Shown here one piece after another: positions 13,187-24,435 of a DNA stretch of 51,182 nt. Position 1 is the stretch's first letter. Each line of letters begins with the position of its first letter. The position numbers and the translations under genes were made by a program. Source of the stretch: Octopus bimaculoides. Lineage: Eukaryota. The DNA lies in assembly GCF_001194135.2 (NCBI RefSeq), contig NC_068983.1, forward strand, positions 99,278,177-99,329,358. Direction: 5' to 3'. Under the pieces are notes generated by a model. It was given only the letters and a program-made list of their open reading frames with translations. It ran no database searches and was not told where the DNA came from.

Positions 13187-13659
13187 CAGTGTTTCTCAAC
13201 CTATTTTCCCCTAGGTCCCCACTATAGATTTCTAGAAAAATGCATGCCCCCACCGATGGTTAGAAAAAAAGATTTTATTTTTAATATTCTGTCACAGTTA
13301 TTTAATACAAAAGAATCTACCAGTAACTCTTAAGTACTGAGTACCAAAAAAAAAGTACATTATTGACTAAGAAAAATAGTGAATCCTTTTAATGAGAACC
13401 TTGTGCCTGGTGACTATGACAGATTTCCTTGACTTGAGGAGACAATTTTTTTATCTTCAGCTGTAGCATTAGAACAGCACTATACTGTAGCAAACAGTCT
13501 CCACACAGTATGCTTGGCTAGAGGGATTGGTTTGGCTAGGCTGAGTATAGGTGTAATATATTTGCTGTGAAAAAAAGATTTTCACAATTCTATGTCCCAC
13601 TTTAAAGAAAAAGGAAAAGAAAAAAATTTGGATGCCAAGCCCCATGTTAGGAATCACTG
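13187..13659. mobile_element. hAT MITE (473 bp)
   Basis: Ends CAGTGTTTCTCAAC / GTTAGGAATCACTG; 8-bp flanks ttatactt and ctatacat (6/8 match). Confidence 0.65.
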
Positions 13660-14565
13660 CTATACATGATAGTTTTCATAATTCCACTTAATCTCTCATG
13701 GAGGTCTCATGTATTCCATTGTCAAAATTTCATCTCAAAGGCTTATGTTTCCATGTTGAGTAGCAGGCAATGCTTCAGTGTTATTCAGTTTTTTTATACC
13801 CATATTCTAGATTTCATCCAAAAGAAGGCCATCTGCTGATTGGTAAGGGCACACCAACATGTTACAGCTGTTATTACAATGGCCTTTGTCATTCTGAATT
13901 GACAATCAATGTACTTACTCCACCTAAGCCTATGATGGAGCTACCTCTTGTCTTTATTATCCCAGAACCTTCACTATATGCTTTTCTTATTCTTTCTTCT
14001 TCAGAACTGAAGACATTTGGAATTTCCTTCAAGCCCCCATTTTCCTATATGCATTATGTTCTGAAAGTTCACAGCTAACTTCTACATCTTAATATTTGTT
14101 ACCTAATAGTGGTCACTTAATTGCATACAATCATCCTTTATCTCTTACTAATCTTACAGTGTTCCTTCACTGTGATATCTGATAGGATAACAATTACCAT
14201 CTGCTGATATAAAAAGTATCCTGTTGCATTGGACCGTTTGAGAATAGCCTTCCTTGCTTTTGTTGCTGGTATCATCATCATCAGCAGCATCAGCATCATC
14301 ATCATCAATAGTAGTAGTAGAGATATTATTTTGTCGTAATCTTTTTTCTATTGTGTTTTTATTGCATGATAGAGCACAACTTTGTGCACCTTGGTTTCAC
14401 TGAGTGGTATTTTTTTCTTTTTTGTATTTCCTGTTGTATTAAACGTTTTTGCTATAATGTGTGTAATACACCTAGTAGTGCTGTTTTCTGTGTGTTATAT
14501 TTAGAAACACTGGGGTTTTAGTTTTTAGCTGCATCGTCATCATTTAATATCCACTTTCAATGCTG

Positions 14566-16213
14566 GAATTTCCAAACCACCTATTTATTATAAAGATTGC
14601 TTCTGTTTTCAGTCCTTAATATTCTGGATATCTCTCTTTCCACATCTTTATATCTTGATAATTTTTCAGTTTCTTTTTTTGAGAGATATGTATGGTCTTT
14701 GGGGACTTATACTTGATGAAGGAGATCCTTCTTTGTGGTCCTTGATGCTAAGTAACTTTTAATCCCATATGATCAGCTAAAGGACTTAAAGGAGATACAT
14801 TATTAAAACCAAAATGATTCCAGAAATCGAAACAGAATACTTAAATGAAAAAGAATCAAAAAAAGAAACAAACATAAATAATAATAAACAAGAACAAAGC
14901 AAGTAAAAACATCAACAAAAAACATAAATACAGGCCTATTGATAAGCAACAAAATTAACATTAGAACATCTGCATAATACTGACCAACAAACCAAACTTG
15001 TATAATGCAAAGAGATACTATGGCTAATAGTTTCTTTCCAACATTCTTCTGTTTCTTAATGCCTCATTATATGCTTATGGTAGTTTCTGATTGAAAGTTT
15101 TTTTTATCATATTCCACAATCAAGAATCTTGGCTTTGCATCTTGTGCTTCTTAACCAGTACTATAATTTTTCTTTGTCTGTTTCTGTCCTATTTAATTTT
15201 TGCAAGTGTTGACCATGTAGATAATTTTTCCTACCATTGTTTTAGCATGGCATTCTTTTCAGTTAATTTTTCCCTCTTTTCACAATTTCTGTTGTTTTTC
15301 CTTTTACCTCTCAATTGTCTGTTACTTCTTTTTCTGTCTTGTTTTTATTGATTCCCTTCAAAGCTGAAAACAATTTTATTTTCTTTGGTTTTGTTTTGTA
15401 GCTATTGCACTTTGCTAGATATTAGTACCCCTAATCCTTTTCTCTATTGTTGCTCTCTGCATAAAATCCCTGTGCTGGATTTATGACACCATAGTATGTA
15501 CCTATTGTATAGCTGGTTTGTCCTATGTCATTAGCTGCTTCCAGCTTAGAGTGGCTTTCCTGAAAGTCTTTCAAATCATTGATAGCTTACAATTTTAAGC
15601 GTTTTACTATTTATTCATTGCATGTTTGTTGTACCTTCTGATTATTGGTTCATACTTGGTGAGGCTGTTATAAGTTTTCTAATAATCTAATCCATACTTT
15701 GCTCGAATTCTTTCAATTTTCCCCTTTCTTCTCAAGTCTCCTGTTGCAGTATTGTTGACTGATGGGTTTTATAGATTGTAGCTAGAGAGATTATAATTTG
15801 TAGGTAACCAATTTTCTTTTGTGGCTGTTATACCAGTTACATAAATTAGATGATTAATCTTGGTGGTGTTGATGTTGACATTTATATCCTGAATCTTTTT
15901 CATAGCTGTATTGCAATTCACTATTATTGCTATAATTTGTTACCAAGTTAATTTTGGAAAGGTCTTTTGCTATACTATAACAATCTGTTTTATGGTTTGG
16001 TACTTTTTTGATAGTTTTTTTCTTTCATTTTGGCGTCTGTTGTTATGTTTTAGTCACTATATATTTCTCTTAAGCTTAGTTTTCATTTGTTATGGCAGAA
16101 AGAACATTGCTTGTGAAATCTATTTTCCTCCCTTTGTTTTCTATAAATTTTATGTTAATGACAAATGGTTTTCCTGAAAGTCTTTCAAATCATTGATAGC
16201 TTACAATTTTAAG
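14566..16213 (-). mobile_element. Decayed, internally deleted R4/Dong-like non-LTR retrotransposon (restriction-like endonuclease clade)
   Basis: Minus strand 14566-14720 gives KETEKLSRYKDVEREISRI-(frameshift)-LKTEAIFIIIGGL, matching the REL C-terminal EK..KY.DL..EI.R.W.LKT..IPI.IGALG pattern. Upstream segments give TKINHLIYVTG and IRRYNK, like R4 ORF N-terminal regions. Support for 15000-16213 is weaker. Confidence 0.6.
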
Positions 16214-16387
16214 GTTTTCACAAAAAGGAACAGCTCTTAGATCAGGCATGGGCCACCTTTTCTAAAAAAAAAAGTGGGTTGCATGAGACATGGCTCATCA
16301 TCAGGTAGGCTGCACTTCTAAAACAATACAAGGTCATTTTTTGTTTGCCATGTCATACAGAAAGTCCCGTGGGTCATAGTTTGCCCA

Positions 16388-16995
16388 TTATCATCATCAT
16401 CATTTAACATCTGTTGTCCATGCTGACACGGGTTAGACGGTTTGATCACAGCTGTTAAGCTGAGGGGGCTGCACCAGACTCCAGTCAGATTTGTCATGGT
16501 TTCTATGGCTGAATACCCTTCCTAATGCCAACCACTCTGAAAGTGTAATGGGTGCTTTTACATGCCACCAGCACAGGTGCCAGTTGTGTGACACTAGTAT
16601 CTACCATGACTATGATTTCACTTGGCTTGATGGGTCTTCTACTCAAGCACAGCATATTTTTTTTCTCTTCTCTAGGCATAAGGCTCAAAATTTTTGGGGA
16701 GGTGGCCAGTCAATTAGATCAACCCCAATGTGCAACTGGTACTTAATTTATCGACCCTGAAGGGATGAAAGGCTAAGTCAACCCCAGTGGAATTTGAACT
16801 CATGGCATATTGCCAAAGGTTTTGGTCATTTGTTGTTGCCTCCATGAGGCCCAATGCTTGAAAGGTACTTTTCATGTGCCACCGACACAGGTACTAATTA
16901 CGCAACACCAGCATTGGCTACATTGCCTCTGTGAGGCCCAATACTCAAAAGGTATCTTTTACATGCCACTGGCATGGGTGCCAGATATGTGACAC
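16388..16995 (-). mobile_element. Old RTE 3' end with a nested family A SINE fragment (~16680-16803)
   Basis: (CAT)n tail, catccttcctaatgccaaccac block, GLTEAM-like repeats (tgcctctgtgaggcccaa), and SINE block ggtacttaatttatcgaccctgaagggatgaaaggc. Confidence 0.75.
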
Positions 16996-18069
16996 CAACA
17001 TGATCGTCTCACATGTTTAGAATACCTATGTGTAGGTATAGTACAATTTCAGGCATAAGAAGAGTTAGTTGTGTTTTGTTATTCTTGCTATTTTGTATAA
17101 GGTTATGAAGATAACTAATTCTTTTTCTCTTCTCTTCTTTTTCTCTCTTTTATACTCTCTCTCCTTTCCTTCTCTTTTGTTTTATCCTCCTCCTGTTTCT
17201 GCCTGCACCAAACCATATTGAGTTGTTATCACTGTAAGTTCTTGAATCATAGAATATAGTTTTTTTCTCTCTCACAGCTGCAACCACTTTGCTCATTTCA
17301 ACTGGTGTTGACTTTTAAAAAGGTTGTTGATGTTGTTTGTTATGGAAATCAACTCTATTGACTCATGGAATGAATGTTGCCATCTGGATATGTCATGCTG
17401 CCATCTCTTCTGGAACTGTATTGCACATTTCAACTTTAAGTATTTGGCCATGTGAAGTGTAACATTCATTTGAAAAGTCTGTGTGCGCGCATGTACACAC
17501 ACACACACATACGCACAGTGGTATACCTCCAAAGATAGCTATCTTGATTATTTGGGATCTTGTCAACTTAACACAGAAATTCAGCCTATTTTGATTATTA
17601 GAAAGATGTATGTATGATTTATATTTGATTTGATCAAGATTTATTTTCAAGTACAGCTGAAGACATTCTCATATTGATTAAGTCATTACAGTACTGGATA
17701 GAATGTCTCTGTGGTATTTGATTCAACTCTATACACTCTAGGTTCAAATTTGCTGAGCTCAACTTTGCCTTTCATCCTATTGGAGTTGATAAAAAAAAGC
17801 ACCAATCCAGGGTTGTGGAATGGCAGAACTGAAAGACCATTTGGACAAGATGTCTGGCAGTATTTGTTCAACTCCCACCATGGCTTACTTGGTGATAGAT
17901 ATAATTTGACACCTCTGCTTGGCACCTTCAGTGACTTTATTGGGGTCCATTTTGCTGCAAGCATTTGGACCAGATCTTTAGTTTGAGGATACCTTTATCT
18001 CTCCCTCCTACTTATCTTGGAAGCTCCATAAAAAGTGATGAGCATTACCTATCCTCTTGATTATAAGAT

Positions 18070-18284
18070 TAGTTTTAAATCTTGGCACAAAGCCAGCAAT
18101 TTGGGGGGGGGGGTAAGTTGAATACATCAGCCCCATTGTTCAACTGGTACTTATTTTATTGACCCTGAGAGGATTAAAGGTAAAGTTGACCTTGGAAGAA
18201 TTTGAACTTAGAGCGTGAAAACTGACAAAATGCCACTAAGCATTTTGCCTGGTGTGCTAACGATTCTGCCAGCTTGTCACTTTG
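18070..18284 (-). mobile_element. SINE family A with ~16-bp TSD
   Basis: ...ctaacgattctgccagct head; ctcttg(a/g)ttataagat at 18054-18069 and 18285-18300. A degenerate + copy lies at ~17690-17810. Confidence 0.85.
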
Positions 18285-18735
18285 CTCTTGGTTATAAGAT
18301 AAAAAAAAAAACCATAACATTTGTGAGATTCTCTATTGATCAGAAAACTTAATATTCTGTGTTGTGGTATGTAATATTAAATAGATTAACTTTTAGAGCA
18401 AAATATATGTAAAAAAACCCTTATGGAAAGTTTCGGAGTTATTAATGACGATGCTCTGATTGGAAGGAGGGTGCTGTCATCAGTTTAAGAATAGATATTG
18501 TAGAATGATAGCTTATAGTAGAAGACCAGCGAGATATATCATTTGGTAAATCTTTGTCAATGACGAAAAAGTTAGAAAGGTTCATTTAGTGACCAATGAG
18601 AAATCAGCAAATTTTAATCCAGAAAGTTATATTTTGCATTGGTGTGTTGTGTGTCAGATTGGAAATTTTTTCTGATATTTAGAAAAGAAGTTACATATTT
18701 TATATTTTTGCATGCTCATTTGAGTTTTCTAAGTC

Positions 18736-18838
18736 AATTTAGTTCATTGATTAAAAGTAGATTTAATTTTTCATAGCACAATGGTAATTTAGTTCATTGA
18801 TTAAAAGTAGATTTAATTTTTCATAGCACAATGGTAAT
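18736..18838. repeat. Perfect 50-bp tandem duplication
   Basis: aatttagttcattgattaaaagtagatttaatttttcatagcacaatggt occurs twice. Confidence 0.95.
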
Positions 18839-18866
18839 AGATGCAGCTGATGGATACATGTGTATT

Positions 18867-19070
18867 CATTTAGCATTTAAACCAACCATATATTCTATTC
18901 ATTTTTATGTTCAAACTGGTCAGATCTGGTCTCTGAAACCCTACAATGTCATTCTTAAAATAAATAATCACATCATCAAAATCTCAAAGCTATAATGTAT
19001 GATTAATTCAAGACAATGTGAATAAACAAGCATTACATTTGACAGAATAATCTGAATAATCTGAAAGGGT
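18867..19070 (-). mobile_element. Degenerate piggyBac-type MITE
   Basis: Internal sequence aligns with 41341-41550 and 21102-21322; TIRs are eroded. Confidence 0.65.
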
Positions 19071-19180
19071 GAAGGCAAAGGATGGGTTTTATTTAGTCAT
19101 TGGGTCAAAGGGATTTGATACTTCAAAACACAGAACAAGATTCCATTCCAGTTCAATGATAGCTAGCTGATTGTTGTTTT

Positions 19181-19225
<45 letters not shown>

Positions 19226-19569
19226 GTTAATTTTGCATATAATAAAGTTACATGCAAAGCAACATTTTAGGTAACTGGATTAATCAGTTCTTTTTACCGC
19301 AGCCTACTTGGACATCAGAGCCCCCCCTCCCCGTTTATACATTTAATTTTTTTCTTCCAGGGTATCCTTGTATCTCCTCTGTAACAAGACACCTAGGCTT
19401 GACTCTCTATCACACTTTAATCTCTCAACACCTGGTATAGAACCATCGCCCCTCCTTTCCCTCTACTAAATGTGATGGGAGTATTTAACCTGCACTGCAT
19501 TTAGTTGAGGGAGCTTTTCCTTTTTCCCTTCTTCCTATTCTTTTTTTGTCTTGCAAGTTACTTAGTAAC

Positions 19570-19765
19570 TTCACTTGTGCTTGCTACATGAAAAACGCAC
19601 CTAATACACACTGAAAAGTGACTGACACTAGAAAGGGCATCCAGTCATAGAAATCATGCCAGAGCTGACATTGGAGCTCATTGCAGCTCTGCAGCTCACT
19701 GGATTCTGTCAAACTGTCTAAACCATACCAGCATGGAAAATGAATATCAAAAAATGATGATGATA
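19570..19765 (+). mobile_element. Old RTE-tail repeat
   Basis: gaaagggcatccagtcatagaaatcatgcc...ccataccagcatggaaaatg..gatgatgat. Confidence 0.7.
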
Positions 19766-19867
19766 ATTGTGTTTTTAAATTTTAATAATTACATTTGTTT
19801 TGGTTAATTTTGATGAAATGAATCTTCAAATTTAAATCTGATTACCTTTTTGTTTTTTATTTTACAG

Positions 19868-20009
19868 AGCGGAAAGATCCGAGGTTCTTTCTGAGGATTT
19901 ACTTAGTGTTGAAAAAAGAGTTGAACAAGTGCGATCAGCATGCATGAACACAGCAAAAAAGCTAGATTTAAGCATGCAGGGCTCTGGCACAGACAGGGAA
20001 AAAAGATTA
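19868..20009 (+). CDS. ARHGAP17/ARHGAP44-like: Internal coding exon (142 nt) of a RICH/Nadrin-family N-BAR RhoGAP; first exon seen in the window
   Basis: Acceptor tttacag| and donor |gtaagt. One phase-completing base, then AERSEVLSEDLLSVEKRVEQVRSACMNTAKKLDLSMQGSGTDREKRL, which resembles the N-terminal BAR segment of ARHGAP44/17 (AEKTEVLSEDLLQVEKRL...). Family assignment is from recalled protein sequence. Confidence 0.93.
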
Positions 20010-20051
20010 GTAAGTACTTCTGCTTCTTGTAATTAATATTTATTTTTTTGC

Positions 20052-20160
20052 AAGGCAACAAGCTGGCAGAATCGATAGTGCATCAGGAAAAATGCTTAGC
20101 AGTATTTCATCAGTCTTTACATTCTGAATTCAAATTACGTTGAGGTCGACTTTAATTTAA
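20052..20160 (+). mobile_element. SINE family A head fragment
   Basis: agctggcagaatcgatag...gaattcaaattacgttgaggtcgacttt. Confidence 0.7.
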
Positions 20161-20289
20161 AACCAATATTTATTTTCTGCAGGTTCATTCCTTATTCTGG
20201 AATTTTCTGCAGGTTGATTCTTTATTCTTGATGTGTTATTGCTGGAGCTGGAAAAATAACGCACTCAATATGCATGTCTGAATTTTTTT

Positions 20290-20545
20290 TTTTTACTTGT
20301 TTCAGTCATTTGACTATGGCCATGCTGGAGCACCGCCTTTAGTCGAACAAATCGACCCTAGGACTTATTCTTTGTAAGCCTAGTACTTATTCTATCGGTA
20401 TCTTTTGCTGAACTGCTAAGTTAGAGGAACATAAACACACCAACATTGGTTGTCAAGCAATGGTGTGGTGGGGGACAAACACACACGATGGGCTTTTTTC
20501 AGTTTCTGTCTACCAAATCCACTCACAAGGCTTTGGCTGACCCAA
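20290..20545 (-). mobile_element. SINE family B (CORE-like), 5'-truncated
   Basis: tttcagtcatttgactatggccatgctggagcaccgcc...tctaccaaatccactcacaaggctttgg. Confidence 0.8.
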
Positions 20546-21101
20546 TAAAATAATTATATATCTGCATTGAAAATTTAATTTATTTTTGTTTTTTTATTTT
20601 TTCCATATTAGCATGACTTAGATATTTGTTTACATTAGGACATTATTAGAAACTGACTATTCAACCAGGAAATAAAAGTGGCAGATTTTTTTTTTTTTTT
20701 CCTTCTCAGCTTCTCAAAAATTTTCCGTTACAATATTGTTATGTAATGCTTTGCAAGTATAGGGTTACAGACAGCTTTTAACATAATTTCTTTCCTTCTT
20801 GTACCAGGACCGACGTGAAATCTATATGAGGACAACTATTTTAAACATTTAACAACTGTTTTACAGTACATTCTTCATTAAAAATTTAGAACTTTTAAAT
20901 AAAACAGCTTTTTGCTTATTGTCAACTGGTTAATAATCAACCATATGTTTACTGTTCATTTTAAAATGTTTTGACATGTAGATTTATCTAAACAATGGAG
21001 ATCAGTTTCAATGTTTAGCTGGTAAATTGTCATCTTTTACTCATTCCAGTCATTAGACTGCAGCCATGTTGGGGCATGCTACTGTTTATATCTTTATTTA
21101 A

Positions 21102-21322
21102 CCCTTTAGCATTCAGATTACTCTGTCAAATGTAATGCTGATGTATTGCATTGTTTTGAATTTAATCATGTATTATCTTGTGGCTTTGAGATTTCAATGA
21201 TATGATTGTTTATTTCTAAAATGACATTGTTAGGTAGGTGTGAGAGGCTAAATATGGCCAGTCTGAACATAAAACAGGTGGAAAATTCGGGATCAGATAT
21301 GGCTGGTTTAAATGCTAAAGGG
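21102..21322 (+). mobile_element. piggyBac-type MITE (221 bp)
   Basis: TIRs CCCTTTAGCATT / AATGCTAAAGGG, with TTAA on both sides (21098-21101 and 21323-21326). Confidence 0.88.
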
Positions 21323-21331
21323 TTAAGGTGA

Positions 21332-21542
21332 TGAGCTGGCAGAATCATTAGCATGCCAGGCAATATGCTTAGCAGCCTTTTGACCATCTTTATCCTCTGA
21401 GTTCAGATTCAGGAAGGTCGACTATGCCTTTCATCCTTTTGAGGTTGATAAGATAAGTACCAGTTCGAACACTGGGGCTGGTATAATCAACTTACCCGCC
21501 TTCCCCGAAACTGTTGGCTTTGTGCCAGAATTTGAAACCATT
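21332..21542 (+). mobile_element. SINE family A
   Basis: gagctggcagaatcattagc...gtcgactatgcctttcatccttttgaggttgataagataagtaccag...gaatttgaaacc. Confidence 0.85.
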
Positions 21543-21639
21543 GTTTCTATCTTTATTTACTTTGAGTTCCTCTGTTTAAAATGATTTACATCAGGACAAT
21601 ACTACAATCATCTGTATTATTATTGTTGTTATTATTATG

Positions 21640-21845
21640 ACGGTGGCGGCCTGGCAGAATCGTTAGCATGCTGAGCAAAGTGCTTAGTGGTATATTGTGT
21701 GTCTTCATGTTCTGAGTTCAAATTCCACCAAGGTTGACTACACTTTTCATCCTTTTGGTGTCAATAAAGTAGTACCAGTTGAGTACTGGAGTTTAATGTA
21801 ATCAACTATCCCCCTTCCCCAAATTTCAGGCTTATAGTAGAAAGG

Positions 21846-21886
<41 letters not shown>
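21640..21886 (+). mobile_element. SINE family A with (ATT)n tail
   Basis: cctggcagaatcgttagc...gagttcaaattccacc...gtagaaaggattattatt. Confidence 0.85.
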
Positions 21887-22494
21887 GTCCATATTGTATG
21901 CTGGCATTAATGAATTGGGTCTGTCTATGCAACAGTTTATATACATCATCATCATCATCATGGATTTCAGGTGGACAAGACTTCAAGGCAATATCTTATG
22001 AGCAAATGCGTTTCTCAATTCCAACCCTTTTAGTCACTTTTTACAACAAGCAAGGGATACAGTGTACTTGTTCTAAAACTAGAATGTACACATTAATCTT
22101 GTACTTCCTGACTTTTCTTTGACCTAACCACATCACTTTCCCCCAGGCTTTCTTAACCTCATTTCATTGCAAACAGTACTGCAATTAGACAACCGTATTG
22201 TATCACTTGCATCCATATATCTCACTATACATGCAAATATGTGCTTCTATGCACTAAGCATCTATACAAGAGACTTTCTCAGGATGAATGCTGCAATATT
22301 ACAGCACTCTTATAATACATCCACATTAAGTTGGATGCAAAGACTGCCATTCAGCAATAATACTGTCTTCATTGCTAATATCTGACTTTTTTCCCTACCT
22401 ACCTGCTGATAGAAACACCAGTGACTGAATAGTTGTCATTTCTCTATAAATATTGATGGAAGGGAGATTTGGCTAACATGCAATTAGTGGATAC

Positions 22495-22690
22495 CTGCTG
22501 CTGATGAGGTGCAAAACACATCAAAATCTTGGGATGCAGCAATTTCACTGCCAGTGCTGGACAGTTCTTGTCTGGTACTGGTGTCTCTGTGCTTCTGTGC
22601 ACTAAACATCTATATGAGAAACTTTCTTAGGTCAAATACTGCAGTAATATGGCACTCTTATAATACATTCCCATTAAGACTACCATTCTT
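22495..22690 (+). mobile_element. Dispersed repeat with an inactivated hammerhead-like motif (same family as 8690-8865)
   Basis: CTGATGA-GGTG-caaaaca-CATC-AAAA; the core GAAA has become AAAA at 22523. Confidence 0.45.
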
Positions 22691-22710
22691 ATATATGTGT
22701 ATATATGTAT

Positions 22711-22754
<44 letters not shown>

Positions 22755-23031
22755 TGTATAACAGAGTTAGTAGTGATTATCAATCCAGGCAAAATACTTC
22801 ATAAGATTTCTGTTGGTATACCAGGCTAACAATATTGTTTAGATTAATGAAGAACTCCAAGTATTCTTATTGCTGGGTCGGAATTTATGGTTCATCACCA
22901 CAGTTCTGTAGTGCATATCTGTGGTTGGGCTCCGGTCAAACTGGTTTTTACACAGTGATATATATAAGACAAGTTATAAATAATGGTCATTACATGTTTT
23001 TCTTTATTAGAGTAAATTTGGCTGTGTAAAA

Positions 23032-23149
23032 ACCTAAAAAAATTAATGCTACTTTCATCAGAGCCATTTCTGGTTATAACAAAGCAGAACACACTGCTTT
23101 GTTATAATCAGAAATGATTCTGATGAGAGTAGCATTAATTTTTTTAGGT
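23032..23149. repeat. Long near-perfect inverted repeat (56-bp arms, 6-nt loop)
   Basis: Arms 23032-23087 and 23094-23149 are 52/56 complementary. On + strand RNA three differences are G-U pairs and one is a C-A mismatch. Confidence 0.95.
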
Positions 23150-23284
23150 CATTCAATTTTTCTCAACTGATCAATAGGCTAATTGAGTAAACCTATCAGT
23201 AACGTACCTATAATGATTACTTGAAACAACTGTAAGCCAAATTTACTCTCTAATATAGAAATATATGTAATGTCATATATGTAT

Positions 23285-23565
23285 ATGTGGCCCAGTAGTT
23301 AGGGTGTTGCACTCACAGTTGTGAGATTCTGGTTTCAATTACTAGACCAGATGGTGCATTGTGTTCTTTAGCAAAACCCTTCATCTTCCGTTGCCCTGCA
23401 ATCACTTTGGTACACATGTGGTACACTGTACACCTGTTCAGGCAATATTGATTCGATGGAGGGAGTGAGCTAATGTACAGCATATATATTTGATCACTAT
23501 AAACAAAACCATTTGTGCAGTTCGTTCAGCAGAAACCAAGTGCTCATGTGTCATCTTTGACAGGA
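23285..23565 (+). mobile_element. tRNA-derived SINE (third family), degenerate
   Basis: tggcccagtagttagggtgttgcactc...ggtttcaatt head followed by a CORE-like ttgtgttctttagcaaaac block. Confidence 0.5.
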
Positions 23566-23801
23566 GATTGTTTCTCACTCACACATTATCTTTGAGATAA
23601 TCCTGGCACTGTGGAGCATGATTGAGTTACAAAACTTTGACCTAAAATAAAACTCAACCAGTTTTTGTAATAAGTATATTTGTTATTGAGATTATTCTCT
23701 TGTCTACAAAAACCTACATAAGCACCTTTTTCTTTTTTTAACGTTGTGTCTTTTACATTATTTACATTTGATGGATATTTGTCCTCATCTTGTTTGTTGT
23801 T

Positions 23802-23847
23802 AACACAACGTTTCGGCTGATATACCCTCCAGCCTTCATCAGGTGTC
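23802..23847 (-). ncRNA. Minimal type I hammerhead ribozyme motif, core intact
   Basis: Minus strand GACAC-CTGATGA-A-GGCTG-gagggtatat-CAGCC-GAAAC-GTT|GTGTT. Stem I is 5 bp and stem II 5 bp; the palindromic ACGT would form stem III only as a dimer. Predicted cut between 23807 and 23806. Confidence 0.65.
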
Positions 23848-24026
23848 TTGGGGAAATTTCAAACCTGGGTTCTCATTCCTAAGGTATTTTTTGATGTTAT
23901 TATTATTATTATTATTATTATTGAAAGATACAGAAATAAATTTTTTAAATTCTCAAATGCATGATAATGCTAATGAAATAGTGTGAACAGGATAAATTAT
24001 CCATACATTGCAGAAAAATACATTAC

Positions 24027-24100
24027 CGACCAGCCATAAGACTCGAACTCACATCCTTGTGATTATGCGTCAAGTGCTTTACCATTAAGCTAAACTATCC
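24027..24100 (-). other. tRNA-Met(CAT)-like SINE head / tRNA pseudogene nested in the fold-back element
   Basis: Minus strand GGATAGTTTAGCTTAATGGTAAAGCACTTGACGCATAATCACAAGGATGTGAGTTCGAGTC has A- and B-box-like motifs and a CATAA loop; the acceptor stem does not pair. Confidence 0.55.
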
Positions 24101-24389
24101 AGTAACAAATTCTTCTGCAATTATTATTATTATTATTATAATTATTATTATTATTCAGGTCACTGCTTGGAATCAAACTTGGAATCTTGGGGTTAGTAGC
24201 CCACGCTCTTAACCACTACACCCATATACCCTTGGGCATATGATGTAGTGGTTAAGAGCGCGGGCTACTAACCCCAAGATTCCAAGTTCGACTCCAGGCA
24301 GTGACCTGAATAATAATAATAATAATAATAGTAATAATAATATTGAAAAGTACCTTAGGAATGAGAACCCAGGTTTGAAATTTCCCCAA

Positions 24390-24435
24390 GGCACCTGATA
24401 AAGGATGGAGGGTATATCAGCCGAAACATTGTATT
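24390..24435 (+). ncRNA. Hammerhead motif, predicted inactive copy
   Basis: CTGATAA (core G to A at 24400), stem II mismatch (24405), GAAACATT (24428) and a stem I mismatch (24433) relative to the left-arm copy. Confidence 0.6.

Noticed and set aside
16225-16390. Possible hAT MITE (CAGGCATGGGC...TTGCCCAT)
   Set aside because: The right TIR is truncated by an RTE tail and no TSD can be verified.
23120-23149. CTGATGA inside the long hairpin as a hammerhead
   Set aside because: No stem II or GAAA follows.
24233-24309. tRNA-like sequences (also 24027-24100) as functional tRNA genes
   Set aside because: The acceptor stems do not pair and they are embedded in a repeat element; treated as SINE heads.
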